DNA of 64,000 nucleotides from Candidatus Collierbacteria bacterium (GTDB lineage Bacteria > Patescibacteriota > Microgenomatia > UBA1400 > JACPES01), in assembly GCA_016219325.1 (NCBI GenBank), contig JACRNH010000002.1, positions 3,862 to 67,861 on the forward strand. The letters are read 5' to 3'. Positions 49,026 to 58,717 of this stretch are shown one piece after another. The translations under genes and the position numbers were made by a program. The number at the start of each line of letters is the position of its first letter. Within the stretch, counting starts at the first letter, position 1. The notes beneath the pieces are model-generated. The model did not search any database and had not been told where the DNA came from. It saw only the letters and a program-made list of their open reading frames with translations.

Positions 49026-49435
49026 AATTGCTTTGGCGAGAAAATTTTGATCGGTCTTAATGTCCTTTTTACTTTTGAAACTAGGATATGTTTTTTATCC
49101 AGCGATATCAGAATTGTCGCTCTTGAATGAACTACTCCGGCAAGCACGTGGGCGTCGCCAGGATCGTTAATCATAGGTATAAACTTCATGATCTTTTCTT
49201 CGCTTGGAGTATTAATGACTTGAATTGTTCTTGAAGACAGTAAGTTCTCGAAAGCTTGAGTTTGAATATTTACTTTACTTAAATTACTAGCTGCCTCACG
49301 GACAATTTTTTCGGTTGCGATTAACTTAATCTTCTTTTTGGCCCCGGCAGTCAGAAGTTTTCCTGATCCGCCGGTTGAAGAAATCAATCCGGATAGAATT
49401 ACGGAAGTGTCAAGGAAGACGGTTAATGATTTCAT
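48983..49435 (-). CDS. PIN-domain toxin (VapC-like)
   Basis: VFLDTSVILSGL and DPGDAHVLAG motifs. Confidence 0.5.
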   Translation of the reverse strand: MKSLTVFLDTSVILSGLISSTGGSGKLLTAGAKKKIKLIATEKIVREAASNLSKVNIQTQAFENLLSSRTIQVINTPSEEKIMKFIPMINDPGDAHVLAGVVHSRATILISLDKKHILVSKVKRTLRPIKIFSPKQFWKWLRQTKPLNKL

Positions 49436-49670
49436 CTATTCGCGCTTGTTGTTTCGCGGTCAATTTATCATCATTAATCCATTGCTGTATCCGCTTGAGA
49501 TTAAAAGAACGAGGTTTTATTTCATTTATAGTTTTTTGACGAACCGGTTTTATTTCTGCCAGCGGACGGGAGCGATACAGAAGCAAAAGAGGCTGTCCAT
49601 TCTCCATAGCGTCTTTTACTTGAGAAAAATCTTCCCGCATTTGTTTGGTGGATATAGTTTGAATATTCAT
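49410..49670 (-). CDS. Phd/YefM-like antitoxin
   Basis: Small ORF directly upstream of, and overlapping, the PIN gene; N-terminus MNIQTISTKQMREDFSQVKDAMENGQPLLL. Confidence 0.4.
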   Translation of the reverse strand: MNIQTISTKQMREDFSQVKDAMENGQPLLLLYRSRPLAEIKPVRQKTINEIKPRSFNLKRIQQWINDDKLTAKQQARIDEIINRLP

Positions 49671-49746
49671 AGTAATTTATAGATTATCTTAAGATTATCT
49701 GAATGTCAATAGCGATTATTCTTGAATAGATGTTACAATCAACCGG

Positions 49747-50856
49747 ATGCTAACTGTTTTGATATTTTTTATTCTCCTCTCGGTTCTGGTTCTGGTTCAT
49801 GAACTAGGGCATTTTATCGCAGCCAAAAAATTGGGTGTGGTGGCGGAAGAGTTCGGATTGGGATTACCGCCGAAAATAAGGAGGTTATTTACCTGGCAGG
49901 GGACTGAATTTACTCTTAATTGGTTGCCGTTGGGAGGGTTTGTGAAGATGAGGGGGGAGAATCGCGAAACAGAAAACAATGAGCAAAAAACAATGAGCAA
50001 TGAGGGTGACGGTTACTTTTATGCGCAGAAGCCGTGGAAGCGGGCGGTGATTTTGGTGGCCGGAGTGTTTATGAATTTGGTTTTGGGAGTGGCTGCATTT
50101 ACCGTGGTTTATACGGTTATGGGAATTCCGGAAGAAAGAGATGTAGTAGTAATTGACGGTGTGGCGCCGGGAAGTCCGGCGGAACGAGCACGATTAGAGC
50201 CGAATGATATCGTGCTCGAACTCAAATCTCAAAACTCAAATCTCAAAACTATTAAGACAGAACAATTTATTGAGTTGATCAATCAGAATAGGGGAGAAGA
50301 AGTTAAACTCGTTGTCAAGCGCGGAAGCGAGGATAAGGAGATTTCTATAACTCCCAGGGTTGAGTCAGAGACTCCGGCAGGGGAAGGGGCTTTGGGGGTG
50401 GCAATATCCAATATTCAGTTTATTCATTATCCTTGGTGGCAGATGCCGTTCCGGGCGTCCGTAACCGGGTTTAAGGAAGCTTTGGCGTGGGGAGGAAACA
50501 TCGTCGGAGGATTGGGGAAAATGCTGGTTGATTTAATAGCTCACGGCAAAGTCCCAAATGACGTTGCCGGTCCAGTTGGAATTGCTAGAATTACCGGAGA
50601 AGTTGCCAAAAGAGGCTGGATTCCGTTATTCCAGCTAGCCGGAATTTTATCAATCAATTTGGCGGTGGTGAATATTCTGCCGATTCCGGCTTTAGACGGC
50701 GGCCGGCTGTTATTTTTAGGCATAGAAAAACTGCGGGGCAAGCCGATGGATCCCAAAAAAGAGCGCTTAATCCACTTAGCCGGTTACGCGGTGCTGCTGG
50801 GCTTGATTGTGTTGATAACTTTTCGCGATATATCAATGGCGGTCTCCGGGAAATAA
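49747..50856 (+). CDS. rseP: RseP-like site-2 protease (M50 with PDZ)
   Basis: HELGHFIAAKKLGV (HExxH), a PDZ-like middle domain, and C-terminal ALDGGRLLF. Two in-frame repeat insertions. Confidence 0.75.
   Translation: MLTVLIFFILLSVLVLVHELGHFIAAKKLGVVAEEFGLGLPPKIRRLFTWQGTEFTLNWLPLGGFVKMRGENRETENNEQKTMSNEGDGYFYAQKPWKRAVILVAGVFMNLVLGVAAFTVVYTVMGIPEERDVVVIDGVAPGSPAERARLEPNDIVLELKSQNSNLKTIKTEQFIELINQNRGEEVKLVVKRGSEDKEISITPRVESETPAGEGALGVAISNIQFIHYPWWQMPFRASVTGFKEALAWGGNIVGGLGKMLVDLIAHGKVPNDVAGPVGIARITGEVAKRGWIPLFQLAGILSINLAVVNILPIPALDGGRLLFLGIEKLRGKPMDPKKERLIHLAGYAVLLGLIVLITFRDISMAVSGK
49966..50003. repeat. AACAATGAGCAAAAAACAATGAGCAATGAG element inside rseP
   Basis: Encodes ENNEQKTMSNEG. Confidence 0.75.
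50221..50250. repeat. (CTCAAAW)n heptamer repeat inside rseP
   Basis: ctcaaatctcaaaactcaaatctcaaaact. Confidence 0.8.
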
Positions 50857-51635
50857 TGAATTCATTGGTGTTGAAAATTGCCGGTTTAAATTTGGAATTG
50901 AGATTCAATCGTAAAGACTGGTTTGCTTTTTGCCGCGGAAAATACATGAAGTTTTGGTCCTCTGATAATGGCAAAATTGACATGTCAATTTTGGTCGAAA
51001 CGGGATCTTTAAAAAATAAAAAAGTTGCGGCCAGAATAAAATATTTTTCGAAAAGTTCTGCCGAGCTGTTATTCAACCGGGATTTAGAAAATGATTTTCT
51101 GATATTTAATTTCCTGATTAAAAAAGTTTTTGCCGGAACGCTTTTGCTAAATGACGGATTAATGATTCATGCTTCCTCCGCAGCGATTAACGGCCAGGCG
51201 GTTTTATTCGCAGGTGAATCGGGAAAAGGAAAATCGACGATTGTTAACAAACTAAACTGCCGGATTTTGGCAAACGACAGAAGTATTTTAAGATTTGAAA
51301 ACGGTGTTTCGTTGGTTTTTTGTTCCCCGTTTTATGAACAGGATGACTTTCCAAAAGTCAATATCAGTTGCCCACTGTCGGCGATTTTTTTATTGGAAAA
51401 GAAAAATACTGCTAAAATAAATTTTGCAAAACTTGATAAGGGTGAGGCAATATTCAGGCTTATGCCGCAAGCTGTTGTTAGGGAGGATAGCCCGGGATTG
51501 TCAATAAATCGTCAAGCAGATCTAGCTTTCGGACTGGCTGAAAAATTGGCAAAGAAAATCGGCGTGTATACTTTGTCTTATCCTCTTAATCAGTTTTCCT
51601 TTTTGAAAAAAATGTTAAATGAAAATCAATTTTAA
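50856..51635 (+). CDS. HPr-kinase-C-terminal-like P-loop protein (HprK-related kinase)
   Basis: LMIHASSAAINGQAVLFAGESGKGKSTIV parallels the HprK C-terminal domain. Its start overlaps the rseP stop (TAATG). Confidence 0.5.
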   Translation: MNSLVLKIAGLNLELRFNRKDWFAFCRGKYMKFWSSDNGKIDMSILVETGSLKNKKVAARIKYFSKSSAELLFNRDLENDFLIFNFLIKKVFAGTLLLNDGLMIHASSAAINGQAVLFAGESGKGKSTIVNKLNCRILANDRSILRFENGVSLVFCSPFYEQDDFPKVNISCPLSAIFLLEKKNTAKINFAKLDKGEAIFRLMPQAVVREDSPGLSINRQADLAFGLAEKLAKKIGVYTLSYPLNQFSFLKKMLNENQF

Positions 51636-51927
51636 GACGGTCATCAGGCAAAACAGTAACGTTGTCTCTCATAAATTCAGGAACAAGGTTTATTTACTGG
51701 ACCCGAAATCTAACGAAGTCAGAATTTTAAATGAAAGCGCCGGGCTGATTTGGGAAGCTTTTGAAAAACCTAAAAAAGTATCGCAAGCGGTTAAGGCTTT
51801 GGCCGAGTTCTATAATTTACCCGGAAAGAATGTTAAAAATGACGCATTTGAATTTATCCGGGAGTATTTTAAATTGAAGTTGTTGAATGTTGTAAAACAA
51901 AGCCTAACTCCACCAAGCCAATTTTGA
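51619..51927 (+). CDS. PqqD-family protein (RiPP-recognition-element-like)
   Basis: KVYLLDPKSNEVRILNESAGLIWEAF...VKALAEFYNL...KNDAFEFIREYFKLKLL follows the PqqD pattern (sparse ligand, L-N, then a 'chaperone' helix). Overlaps the upstream gene's stop. Confidence 0.5.
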   Translation: MKINFKTVIRQNSNVVSHKFRNKVYLLDPKSNEVRILNESAGLIWEAFEKPKKVSQAVKALAEFYNLPGKNVKNDAFEFIREYFKLKLLNVVKQSLTPPSQF

Positions 51928-52103
51928 GCCGTTATAAGAGTACGTAAAATCTCCGGGATTGGCGGATATATATCCGGCGTTGCCCGCCAAGGTTAATTTT
52001 TCCACCCTGTCTTTCGGAGGTGAATACAATCTTTTTTTATTTGTTTTTCTGGATTTAATTTTCATAGTTTATGATAACAATAATAATATACTTTTGACAT
52101 ATA

Positions 52104-52547
52104 GTGTCAACTTTAAATTTAATGATACCAAAACAGACGGAAAATTATTTCAGGTTAAAAATATTCAACAAATCATCGGGCGGAATTTTCAAGATGGTTA
52201 TCAGGGGAAACAGTATGTGGCCGTTTTTAAGGCACGGACAGGAGATTACGGTTAGAAAGTTGAAGGAAAACGAGTCGTGCCGGATTGGAGATATCGTGGT
52301 TATAAAAATTAGGAATTTCTTTTTGATCCATAGAGTTCTGTTAAGAAAGAAAACAAAAGATGGTGGGGGCTATGAATATTTTACGAAAGGTGATAGGAGG
52401 TTGGTTGGCGATGGGTGGATAAAGAATAAGAATATTGTCGGTCGAATACCGACAGGGAAAACACAAAGAGTATTTGGTTATTTAACAGCTTGTTACTCTT
52501 TTGCCCTGCTTCTCATTGGGGAAATAATTAACAGAAGAAACGCCTGA
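52104..52547 (+). CDS. S24/S26-type serine peptidase (LexA/signal-peptidase fold)
   Basis: VIRGNSMWPFLRHGQEITV resembles the GDSMeP Ser nucleophile motif, and GRIPTGK is a possible Lys. An alternative start is the ATG at 52194, downstream of a TTGACA-N17-ATTTAA candidate promoter. Confidence 0.4.
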   Translation: MSTLNLMIPKQTENYFRLKIFNKSSGGIFKMVIRGNSMWPFLRHGQEITVRKLKENESCRIGDIVVIKIRNFFLIHRVLLRKKTKDGGGYEYFTKGDRRLVGDGWIKNKNIVGRIPTGKTQRVFGYLTACYSFALLLIGEIINRRNA

Positions 52548-53365
52548 ATCTTTTGCAGAATAGATTGATTGGCAATCAAAAGCCTAAGGAAAATATTGTA
52601 GCGGAATCTAAGATGCATATTGCGGATTGGCGATTTTACGGTGTGGGAATTGATAAACAACGGAACCAATGAGCTAAGGATATTTTTGGGTTTTAATTTT
52701 AATAAGACGGAATTAGGCACATTTGCTTTTGCGGTTTGCTTAGATAGAAGCAGAGGATAATAAGCGAATTCTTTTAAATTCCATGAAGCAAGTCTTGAAA
52801 TAACGATTTCCCAATTAATATCTAGATTTCTTGTAATTAATGAAATATCAAAAGACTGATGCTGATTTCGGCAACTATGATGGAAGAAAAAGTTAAGGCA
52901 TTGATGAAGGAGCATGTCCTCATTTTCCAAAATCAGAAATTTATTTCTTTGAAAGATAATTGATTGCGCCCGCCTGATAAATTCAGAAGTGATTCGTTTT
53001 ACTAACTTTGGAGGCAGAACATTAAAAATATACTTTGTGGGAAAAAATATCTGATTATGAATATCGCAAACAATCGTTGCTCTTGGCAATTTCTTTACAA
53101 AGTTTATTTGTGGCCTTAATGATGGTTGTTGATAGAAACGGTGTTTTGAATAGCCTAAGGATTTAAGAATAAGATTGACTTTAGAAAACGAGCTATTAGG
53201 AATTAGGATATCGATATCAACAGGATGTATTTTGGGCCATCGGCCGGTTAAGAAATAATATTGGGTAATTCCTTTTAGATATACCGCCTGAACCCCTTTG
53301 CGGTTTAGGGCGCGCTGGAGTTTAAGCAATTCATCGACGTAGATAAGTAATTTTTCCTCAATCAT
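52493..53365 (-). CDS. PF14907-like uncharacterised nucleotidyltransferase
   Basis: AVYLKGITQYYFLTGRWPKIHPVDIDILIP matches LKG...Y...R...DIDlLv. Confidence 0.4.
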   Translation of the reverse strand: MIEEKLLIYVDELLKLQRALNRKGVQAVYLKGITQYYFLTGRWPKIHPVDIDILIPNSSFSKVNLILKSLGYSKHRFYQQPSLRPQINFVKKLPRATIVCDIHNQIFFPTKYIFNVLPPKLVKRITSEFIRRAQSIIFQRNKFLILENEDMLLHQCLNFFFHHSCRNQHQSFDISLITRNLDINWEIVISRLASWNLKEFAYYPLLLSKQTAKANVPNSVLLKLKPKNILSSLVPLFINSHTVKSPIRNMHLRFRYNIFLRLLIANQSILQKIQAFLLLIISPMRSRAKE

Positions 53366-53404
53366 TTTGTCGGGAGAAAATGATTAATGTGAAAGTCAAA
53401 TAAT

Positions 53405-53641
53405 TTAACGAACAAAGCCCTGCCGTATTTCTTGTTTAATATTACCTTTTGATAAACAATTTAGAATCAATTCCCAATCTCCGCAAAATTTATATTTAGG
53501 ATTAAATCGTAATCCTTGGACCGCAGATTTTCGGAAAACCATATGTGAAAGTTGTCCAAGAAACGGAGCGGAGCGGGGAAGACGCTTTTGGTTAAATAAG
53601 CAGGAAGCAATTTTAAGTAAATCTTTAAATATATTGACCAA
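53405..53641 (-). pseudogene. family 2 glycosyltransferase, C-terminal fragment
   Basis: FRKSAVQGLRFNP is a GT2 C-terminal motif. It is separated from the N-terminal fragment by a frameshifting 73-bp tandem duplication. Confidence 0.5.
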
Positions 53642-53642
53642 T

Positions 53643-53788
53643 TTAAGTCGGAATATTCTTTGTGGCGGCCAATCTTTCGGATAAATCTTTTGGGACAGGC
53701 AAACGGTCGCTATCTTTAAGTCGGAATATTCTTTGTGGCGGCCAATCTTTCGGATAAATCTTTTGGGACAGGCAAACGGTCGCTATCG
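53643..53788. repeat. perfect 73-bp tandem duplication
   Basis: ttaagtcggaatattctttgtggcggccaatctttcggataaatcttttgggacaggcaaacggtcgctatc occurs twice, back to back. Confidence 0.9.
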
Positions 53789-54116
53789 TGGATTGATCGT
53801 TTTGCAAATATCGCAGAGAAACTTTAAGAAAATCTTTATTCCAAATGTCATCCGAGTCAAGAAATGCAATATAATCGCCTTTGGCATATTGGAACCCTGA
53901 ATTTCTGGCAGCCATAGAACCTTTTGATTTATTGATTCTAACAATTTTGACATGACCGCTAAAAGTTTTTAGTTGAGAAGAAAGCGGGGGTTGCGATCCG
54001 TCATCAACAATGATTATTTCCGTGGGAATATTTTGAGATAATACCGATCCGATCGTTTTCCGTAATAAGGCAACTCTGTTTTTAGCCGGAATAATGACTG
54101 AAGTTGCAAGAGACAT
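53643..54116 (-). pseudogene. family 2 glycosyltransferase, N-terminal fragment
   Basis: VIIPAKNRVALLRKTIGSVLSQN...IIIVDDGS...DSDD is the GT-A DxD layout. It terminates inside the duplicated segment. Confidence 0.5.
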
Positions 54117-54220
54117 GATATAGTGATCAGCTTAATTTGACTATATTATATGATTGTCTCTCAGGGCATAGAATTTTTGCTGATTATGACTAAAAGAAAT
54201 AAGTATAACTGCTTAGAACA

Positions 54221-55201
54221 ATGAGCTATTATCCTACAATTGCAATTGTTGGATGTGGGGCTATTGTTGAAACATTTTATTTGCCATCGTTTCATAAATT
54301 GGGATATGCAAAGAATAAAATTATTCTTGTGGATACAAATAACGACAGGTTACATAAATTGGGGGATAAGTTTGAGTTAAAGAAGATGACCATTGACTAT
54401 AGAAAAATATTGAATAAAGTTGACGGTGTCATTATTACCACACCAAGCTACTTACATTTTGAGCAAACAATTCAATTTCTAAAGAACGGTGTTTATGTTT
54501 TAAGCGAAAAACCGCTTGTTACAAGTTTTTCTCAATATAAAAAGATCTTAAATTTAGAAGAGAAAAGTGGATATAAAATATTGATTAATCATACAAAGAG
54601 ATTATTTCCAGTTTCTATTGAAATAAAAAATAAAATAAATTCTGGAGTAATTGGGAAACCATTGGGCTTTGACTACTCCGAAGGAGGACAGTTTACTTGG
54701 CCGACAGCGTCAGGATTTTATTTTCAATGGGATAAGGGTGTGTTAATTGATCGGGGATCTCACGCAGTTGATTTGGTTTGTTGGTGGTTGGGAAAACCAA
54801 AATCAATTAGTTATATAGATGATTCTTTTGGCGGAAGCGAAGCCGTAGCATTGTTGAATTTTAAGATTAATTCATGTAAAGGTAGAATAAAGTTTAATTT
54901 GTTCAATAAGCTATCTAATAAATATTATATTAAAGGCGCCAAGGGCGAAATTAGCGGTGATATTTACGATTTTACATCGTTTCTATTGACCAACTATTCT
55001 GATAAATCTACTGTTAAGATTACGCTTCCAACAAAGCAAAAGACCTACTTCGATTTTGCGGATATATTGATCAGAAATTTTATAGATATGATTTCTAATC
55101 ATGCTGATCCATTAATATCAGTTAGCGATATTAAAGATTCCGTTGAGACTATTGACTATTGTTATAGACACAGACAAAGATTTAACATGCCATGGTTTTA
55201 A
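54221..55201 (+). CDS. Gfo/Idh/MocA-family oxidoreductase
   Basis: IAIVGCGAIVETFYLPSF Rossmann N-terminus and EKP motif. Confidence 0.55.
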   Translation: MSYYPTIAIVGCGAIVETFYLPSFHKLGYAKNKIILVDTNNDRLHKLGDKFELKKMTIDYRKILNKVDGVIITTPSYLHFEQTIQFLKNGVYVLSEKPLVTSFSQYKKILNLEEKSGYKILINHTKRLFPVSIEIKNKINSGVIGKPLGFDYSEGGQFTWPTASGFYFQWDKGVLIDRGSHAVDLVCWWLGKPKSISYIDDSFGGSEAVALLNFKINSCKGRIKFNLFNKLSNKYYIKGAKGEISGDIYDFTSFLLTNYSDKSTVKITLPTKQKTYFDFADILIRNFIDMISNHADPLISVSDIKDSVETIDYCYRHRQRFNMPWF

Positions 55202-56259
55202 AAATGGAGAAGAGGGTCATTTTTGTTACAGGCGCTACCGGTTTTATTGGGGGAAGAGTTATAGAAAAACTTTCTAATGATAATAAGAATACGGTTATAG
55301 CAGGAGTCCATAATTGGAGTAACGCCGCCCGAATTGGACGGTTTCCGATAATAATGAGGCATTGCGACGTTTTAAATTTGCCCAGTCTAAAAAAAACTTT
55401 GAACGGTGTTACTCATATAATTCATTGTGCCGCAGGCTCAGACGAAATTATTATTAAAGGTACAAGTAATATCCTTAATGCCGCAATGGGGCTAAAGGTT
55501 AAAAGATTAATAAACCTTAGCAGTGCTGCTGTATATGGAAAAATTTCAGGATTAATTGATGAATCTGTTGTGCCTAACCCGATTGATCAATACGGTAAGG
55601 CAAAGCTTTGTGGCGAAAAAGAATGTTTTAAATATATGCTTCAGAGAGTGCCAATCGTAATATTGCGGCCATCAATAGTATACGGTCCGTTTAGCCAAAA
55701 ATGGACAATTGGAATTGGCAGGCAAATACTTCGAAAAAAAATCGGTTTGTCGTCAGGGTTTGAGGGGAAATGTAATTTATTATACGTCGATGATTTAATT
55801 GATGCAATCTTCTTATCTTTACATAAAGAAGAGGCGGTAAGTGAAACATTCAATGTTAATGGTCCGGAAATTGTGAGCTGGAATGATTATTTTAGAATTT
55901 TTAATAGATTGTTATCATCCGAAGCGCTCATCAGCATAAAACACACAGAATACCTTAGATTAATGGTTGCGGCTAATTTTTTAGGTCCAGTTAAAATAGC
56001 GGCTAAATTAGCTCTAGCCAAGCAGGAATCGTTAATCAGATTTATTTATAGAAGATTTCAATTAATGAGAAAAATTATGGATGGGGTTGAAAACGAAATT
56101 AAATTAAACATTAATTCGTCTGACCTTAGATTATTCCAGCTTCGCGCAATTTATGAAACCAAAAAGATAAATCGCGTTTTAAAATTTAAACCGAGAACCA
56201 GTATTGAAACTGGATTAAAAAAGACGATTGCGTGGATGAAACATGTTGAAATCATCTAG
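55192..56259 (+). CDS. NAD-dependent sugar epimerase/dehydratase (SDR)
   Basis: VIFVTGATGFIGGRVIEKL and YGKAK (YxxxK). Confidence 0.65.
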   Translation: MVLKMEKRVIFVTGATGFIGGRVIEKLSNDNKNTVIAGVHNWSNAARIGRFPIIMRHCDVLNLPSLKKTLNGVTHIIHCAAGSDEIIIKGTSNILNAAMGLKVKRLINLSSAAVYGKISGLIDESVVPNPIDQYGKAKLCGEKECFKYMLQRVPIVILRPSIVYGPFSQKWTIGIGRQILRKKIGLSSGFEGKCNLLYVDDLIDAIFLSLHKEEAVSETFNVNGPEIVSWNDYFRIFNRLLSSEALISIKHTEYLRLMVAANFLGPVKIAAKLALAKQESLIRFIYRRFQLMRKIMDGVENEIKLNINSSDLRLFQLRAIYETKKINRVLKFKPRTSIETGLKKTIAWMKHVEII

Positions 56260-57523
56260 ATTTTTCTTGGGTCACATGACCACCAATATCAAGCCGACCA
56301 TAATCTTCATTACTCAGCTTTATCCATTTCCTCCGGATACAGGTGGAAAATTTAAAACATTTGGGACGATAAAAGCTTTGCGAGATTTAGGCTGCAAGAT
56401 TAAATTATTTTCCTTCTGGGATAGTAGAAGTCCGTTTTACATGAAAATGAGTAAGCCACTGAAGGGGATTGAATCTAATATTATTTATAGCTCAATAATT
56501 GATGATTTACACCCTTTATATAAATATTGGAAGGTATTTTTATCAATTTTTTCGTTTTTCCCCTATAGGGTAAGAAAGTTCTATTCCAAAGGAATCATTA
56601 AGACAATTAAAAAAGACGTACCAAATTTGGAGAATCCCTCTATTATTTATTTAGATCACTTATCTTCATGTATTTATTTATTTAAAAATACCCCTGCCTA
56701 TTATCAGAAAATTTATGATGCTCATGATTTTGAGTCAGAAATAATCTATCATAGGATCAGGAATTCAAAAAGCTTCATTAGAAAAATTTTCCTTTATCTA
56801 GAATATCTCAAGCTTAAGAAATTTGAAAAAAAAGCTTTGATGGCGGCAGATAAGGTCTTTGCAATAAATGAGCCGTTAAAATTGAGATTGGAGACCCTTT
56901 CATCTCGCACCGTATTAACATCATCGGTCGCTGTTTTTGGGAGTAAATCCCTTAGGCTAAATAAAAATAAACCCGAAGGTAAAAGAATAGTTACTTTTAT
57001 TGGCACCTTATCATGGGAGGAAAATTTAGAAGGGATTGATTGGTTTATTTCTAAGGTCTGGGGGATGGTAAAAAGAATTGTTAAAGAGGCAGAATTTAAT
57101 ATTGTTGGGAGTTATGGGAATGAAAAGTTGCGAAAAAAATTCTCAAAATACGAGGGAGTAAATTATTTAGGTTATAAAAAGGATTTAAGGGAGATCTATC
57201 AACAAACTTCCGTTGGGATAGTTCCTATTTTTTCTGACTCCGGAGTAAAAATTAAATTTTTAAATTTTATTTTTAATTCAATACCGGTGGTGTCAACATC
57301 TATGAGTGCTGCCGGAATACTGGGGGTTAAGGATTCAGTTAATTGTTTTATTGCAGATAGGCCTGAGGAATTTGCTGAAAGAATAATAACTCTACTTCAG
57401 GATAAAAAGTTACGGACTAGTATGGTCACAAAGGGTAAAAAACTTACTTCACGTTATTATTCGGAAAAAAGCTTAAGAGAATTTTTTAAAAAAACATTGG
57501 CTCTATCTCGTCGAAGCGATTGA
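56243..57523 (+). CDS. GT4-family glycosyltransferase
   Basis: GT-B layout with a C-terminal EGIDWF...VSTSMSAAGI nucleotide-sugar-binding region. Confidence 0.55.
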   Translation: MLKSSRFFLGHMTTNIKPTIIFITQLYPFPPDTGGKFKTFGTIKALRDLGCKIKLFSFWDSRSPFYMKMSKPLKGIESNIIYSSIIDDLHPLYKYWKVFLSIFSFFPYRVRKFYSKGIIKTIKKDVPNLENPSIIYLDHLSSCIYLFKNTPAYYQKIYDAHDFESEIIYHRIRNSKSFIRKIFLYLEYLKLKKFEKKALMAADKVFAINEPLKLRLETLSSRTVLTSSVAVFGSKSLRLNKNKPEGKRIVTFIGTLSWEENLEGIDWFISKVWGMVKRIVKEAEFNIVGSYGNEKLRKKFSKYEGVNYLGYKKDLREIYQQTSVGIVPIFSDSGVKIKFLNFIFNSIPVVSTSMSAAGILGVKDSVNCFIADRPEEFAERIITLLQDKKLRTSMVTKGKKLTSRYYSEKSLREFFKKTLALSRRSD

Positions 57524-58717
57524 TCCTCTGTAGATTTTTTCCAGTTTTTCGATTTTATCTTCCCATCTGAAGTGTTTCTCAATATATGATCTTGCAGTGA
57601 ACCCGATTGCTTGACAGAGATCGGGGTTACGCAGGAGGTTAACTACTGATTCTGCAAAATCAATTTCTTTGTCGGCAATTATTAATTCTTTTCCAGACTT
57701 AAAATTAAAATTCTTGCAAGATAGACTGGTCGCAACTACTGGTTTGGCTAACGCCATGGCCTCCATTAATTTATTATGAATGCCGGCTCCCATGATTAAC
57801 GGACATACAACTACGTGGACATCATTAAATGAATTTGCTAGATTTTCAACATAGCCGGTAATCTCTATGCGATTGTCTTTTGCTAAGTTAAGAATGGTTT
57901 TTGGCGGGGATGCTCCAATAATTTTAAACTTGATATTGGGAAATTGCTCGGCTATAAAAGGAAAAATTTTTTTATAGAAATATATAACTGCGGTTGAATT
58001 AGCAATATAACTAATTTTTCCAGAGAAGGCGATAGTTGGCTCTCTTTTGCAATTAAAGTTTTTAAAGCTTGGAGAAGGCGGAAATAATGTTAGGTCTACG
58101 CCATTTTCTATACTTGCGATTCTTTTAATTCCGCTGATTTTTTTTAGTAGTAATGCCTCATGATTAGTGCTAGTTATGACGTACCGAAATTTATTTAGGC
58201 GCTGTTTTTCAAATGCGAGTACACGTTTAGATTCCATAGCATAAATTTTTTTCCAAATTGAGCTTTCAACAGTACCTGCAAACTGTTTATAGAGATCACT
58301 GAAACAATCGACGGCATCAATAATAATAGGAATCAAATTATTCAGTCCCAAATCTCCCGAAACAGAGTTCGCCACCTTGAAGGTTTCAACATGTATGCAG
58401 TCGTATCTGTGGTTTTTTAGCAACTGTAAAATTAATATTTTTAGGCTCTTGGAGACAAAATAATGTTGCTGAAAAGGTTTTCCATCAAAGACCGACAAAG
58501 TCGTTCGCAGTTGGCGTAAAACACTGAAGTCTTTAACCAAATATTGCCTTATCCTATTGTTTTTTTGTAAGTCTTCCATTCCTATAATTTCTGCTGATGA
58601 AGAATATGGAGCTATAATATCTACGAAATGACCTCTATCGGCCAACCCAATTGCGAAATTCCGTAATCGAGTACGAATTGGATTTGGAGGATAAGGAGCA
58701 ATAAATAATATCTTCAT
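57503..58717 (-). CDS. GT4-family glycosyltransferase
   Basis: MKILFIAPYPPNP...ADRGHFVDII and the GT-B C-terminal domain. Confidence 0.55.
   Translation of the reverse strand: MKILFIAPYPPNPIRTRLRNFAIGLADRGHFVDIIAPYSSSAEIIGMEDLQKNNRIRQYLVKDFSVLRQLRTTLSVFDGKPFQQHYFVSKSLKILILQLLKNHRYDCIHVETFKVANSVSGDLGLNNLIPIIIDAVDCFSDLYKQFAGTVESSIWKKIYAMESKRVLAFEKQRLNKFRYVITSTNHEALLLKKISGIKRIASIENGVDLTLFPPSPSFKNFNCKREPTIAFSGKISYIANSTAVIYFYKKIFPFIAEQFPNIKFKIIGASPPKTILNLAKDNRIEITGYVENLANSFNDVHVVVCPLIMGAGIHNKLMEAMALAKPVVATSLSCKNFNFKSGKELIIADKEIDFAESVVNLLRNPDLCQAIGFTARSYIEKHFRWEDKIEKLEKIYRGSIASTR

Noticed and set aside
51959-52255. 98-aa ORF in the PqqD-peptidase gap as a possible RiPP precursor
   Set aside because: It overlaps the S24-like ORF, whose GNSMWP motif supports the other frame, and it runs through an AT-rich promoter-like stretch. 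The sequence has no leader/core features I can recognise. It remains only a place to look.
53643-53788. Tandem 73-bp repeat as a possible CRISPR array
   Set aside because: There are only two perfectly identical contiguous copies and no spacers. It lies inside a glycosyltransferase reading frame, so it is a tandem duplication, not CRISPR.
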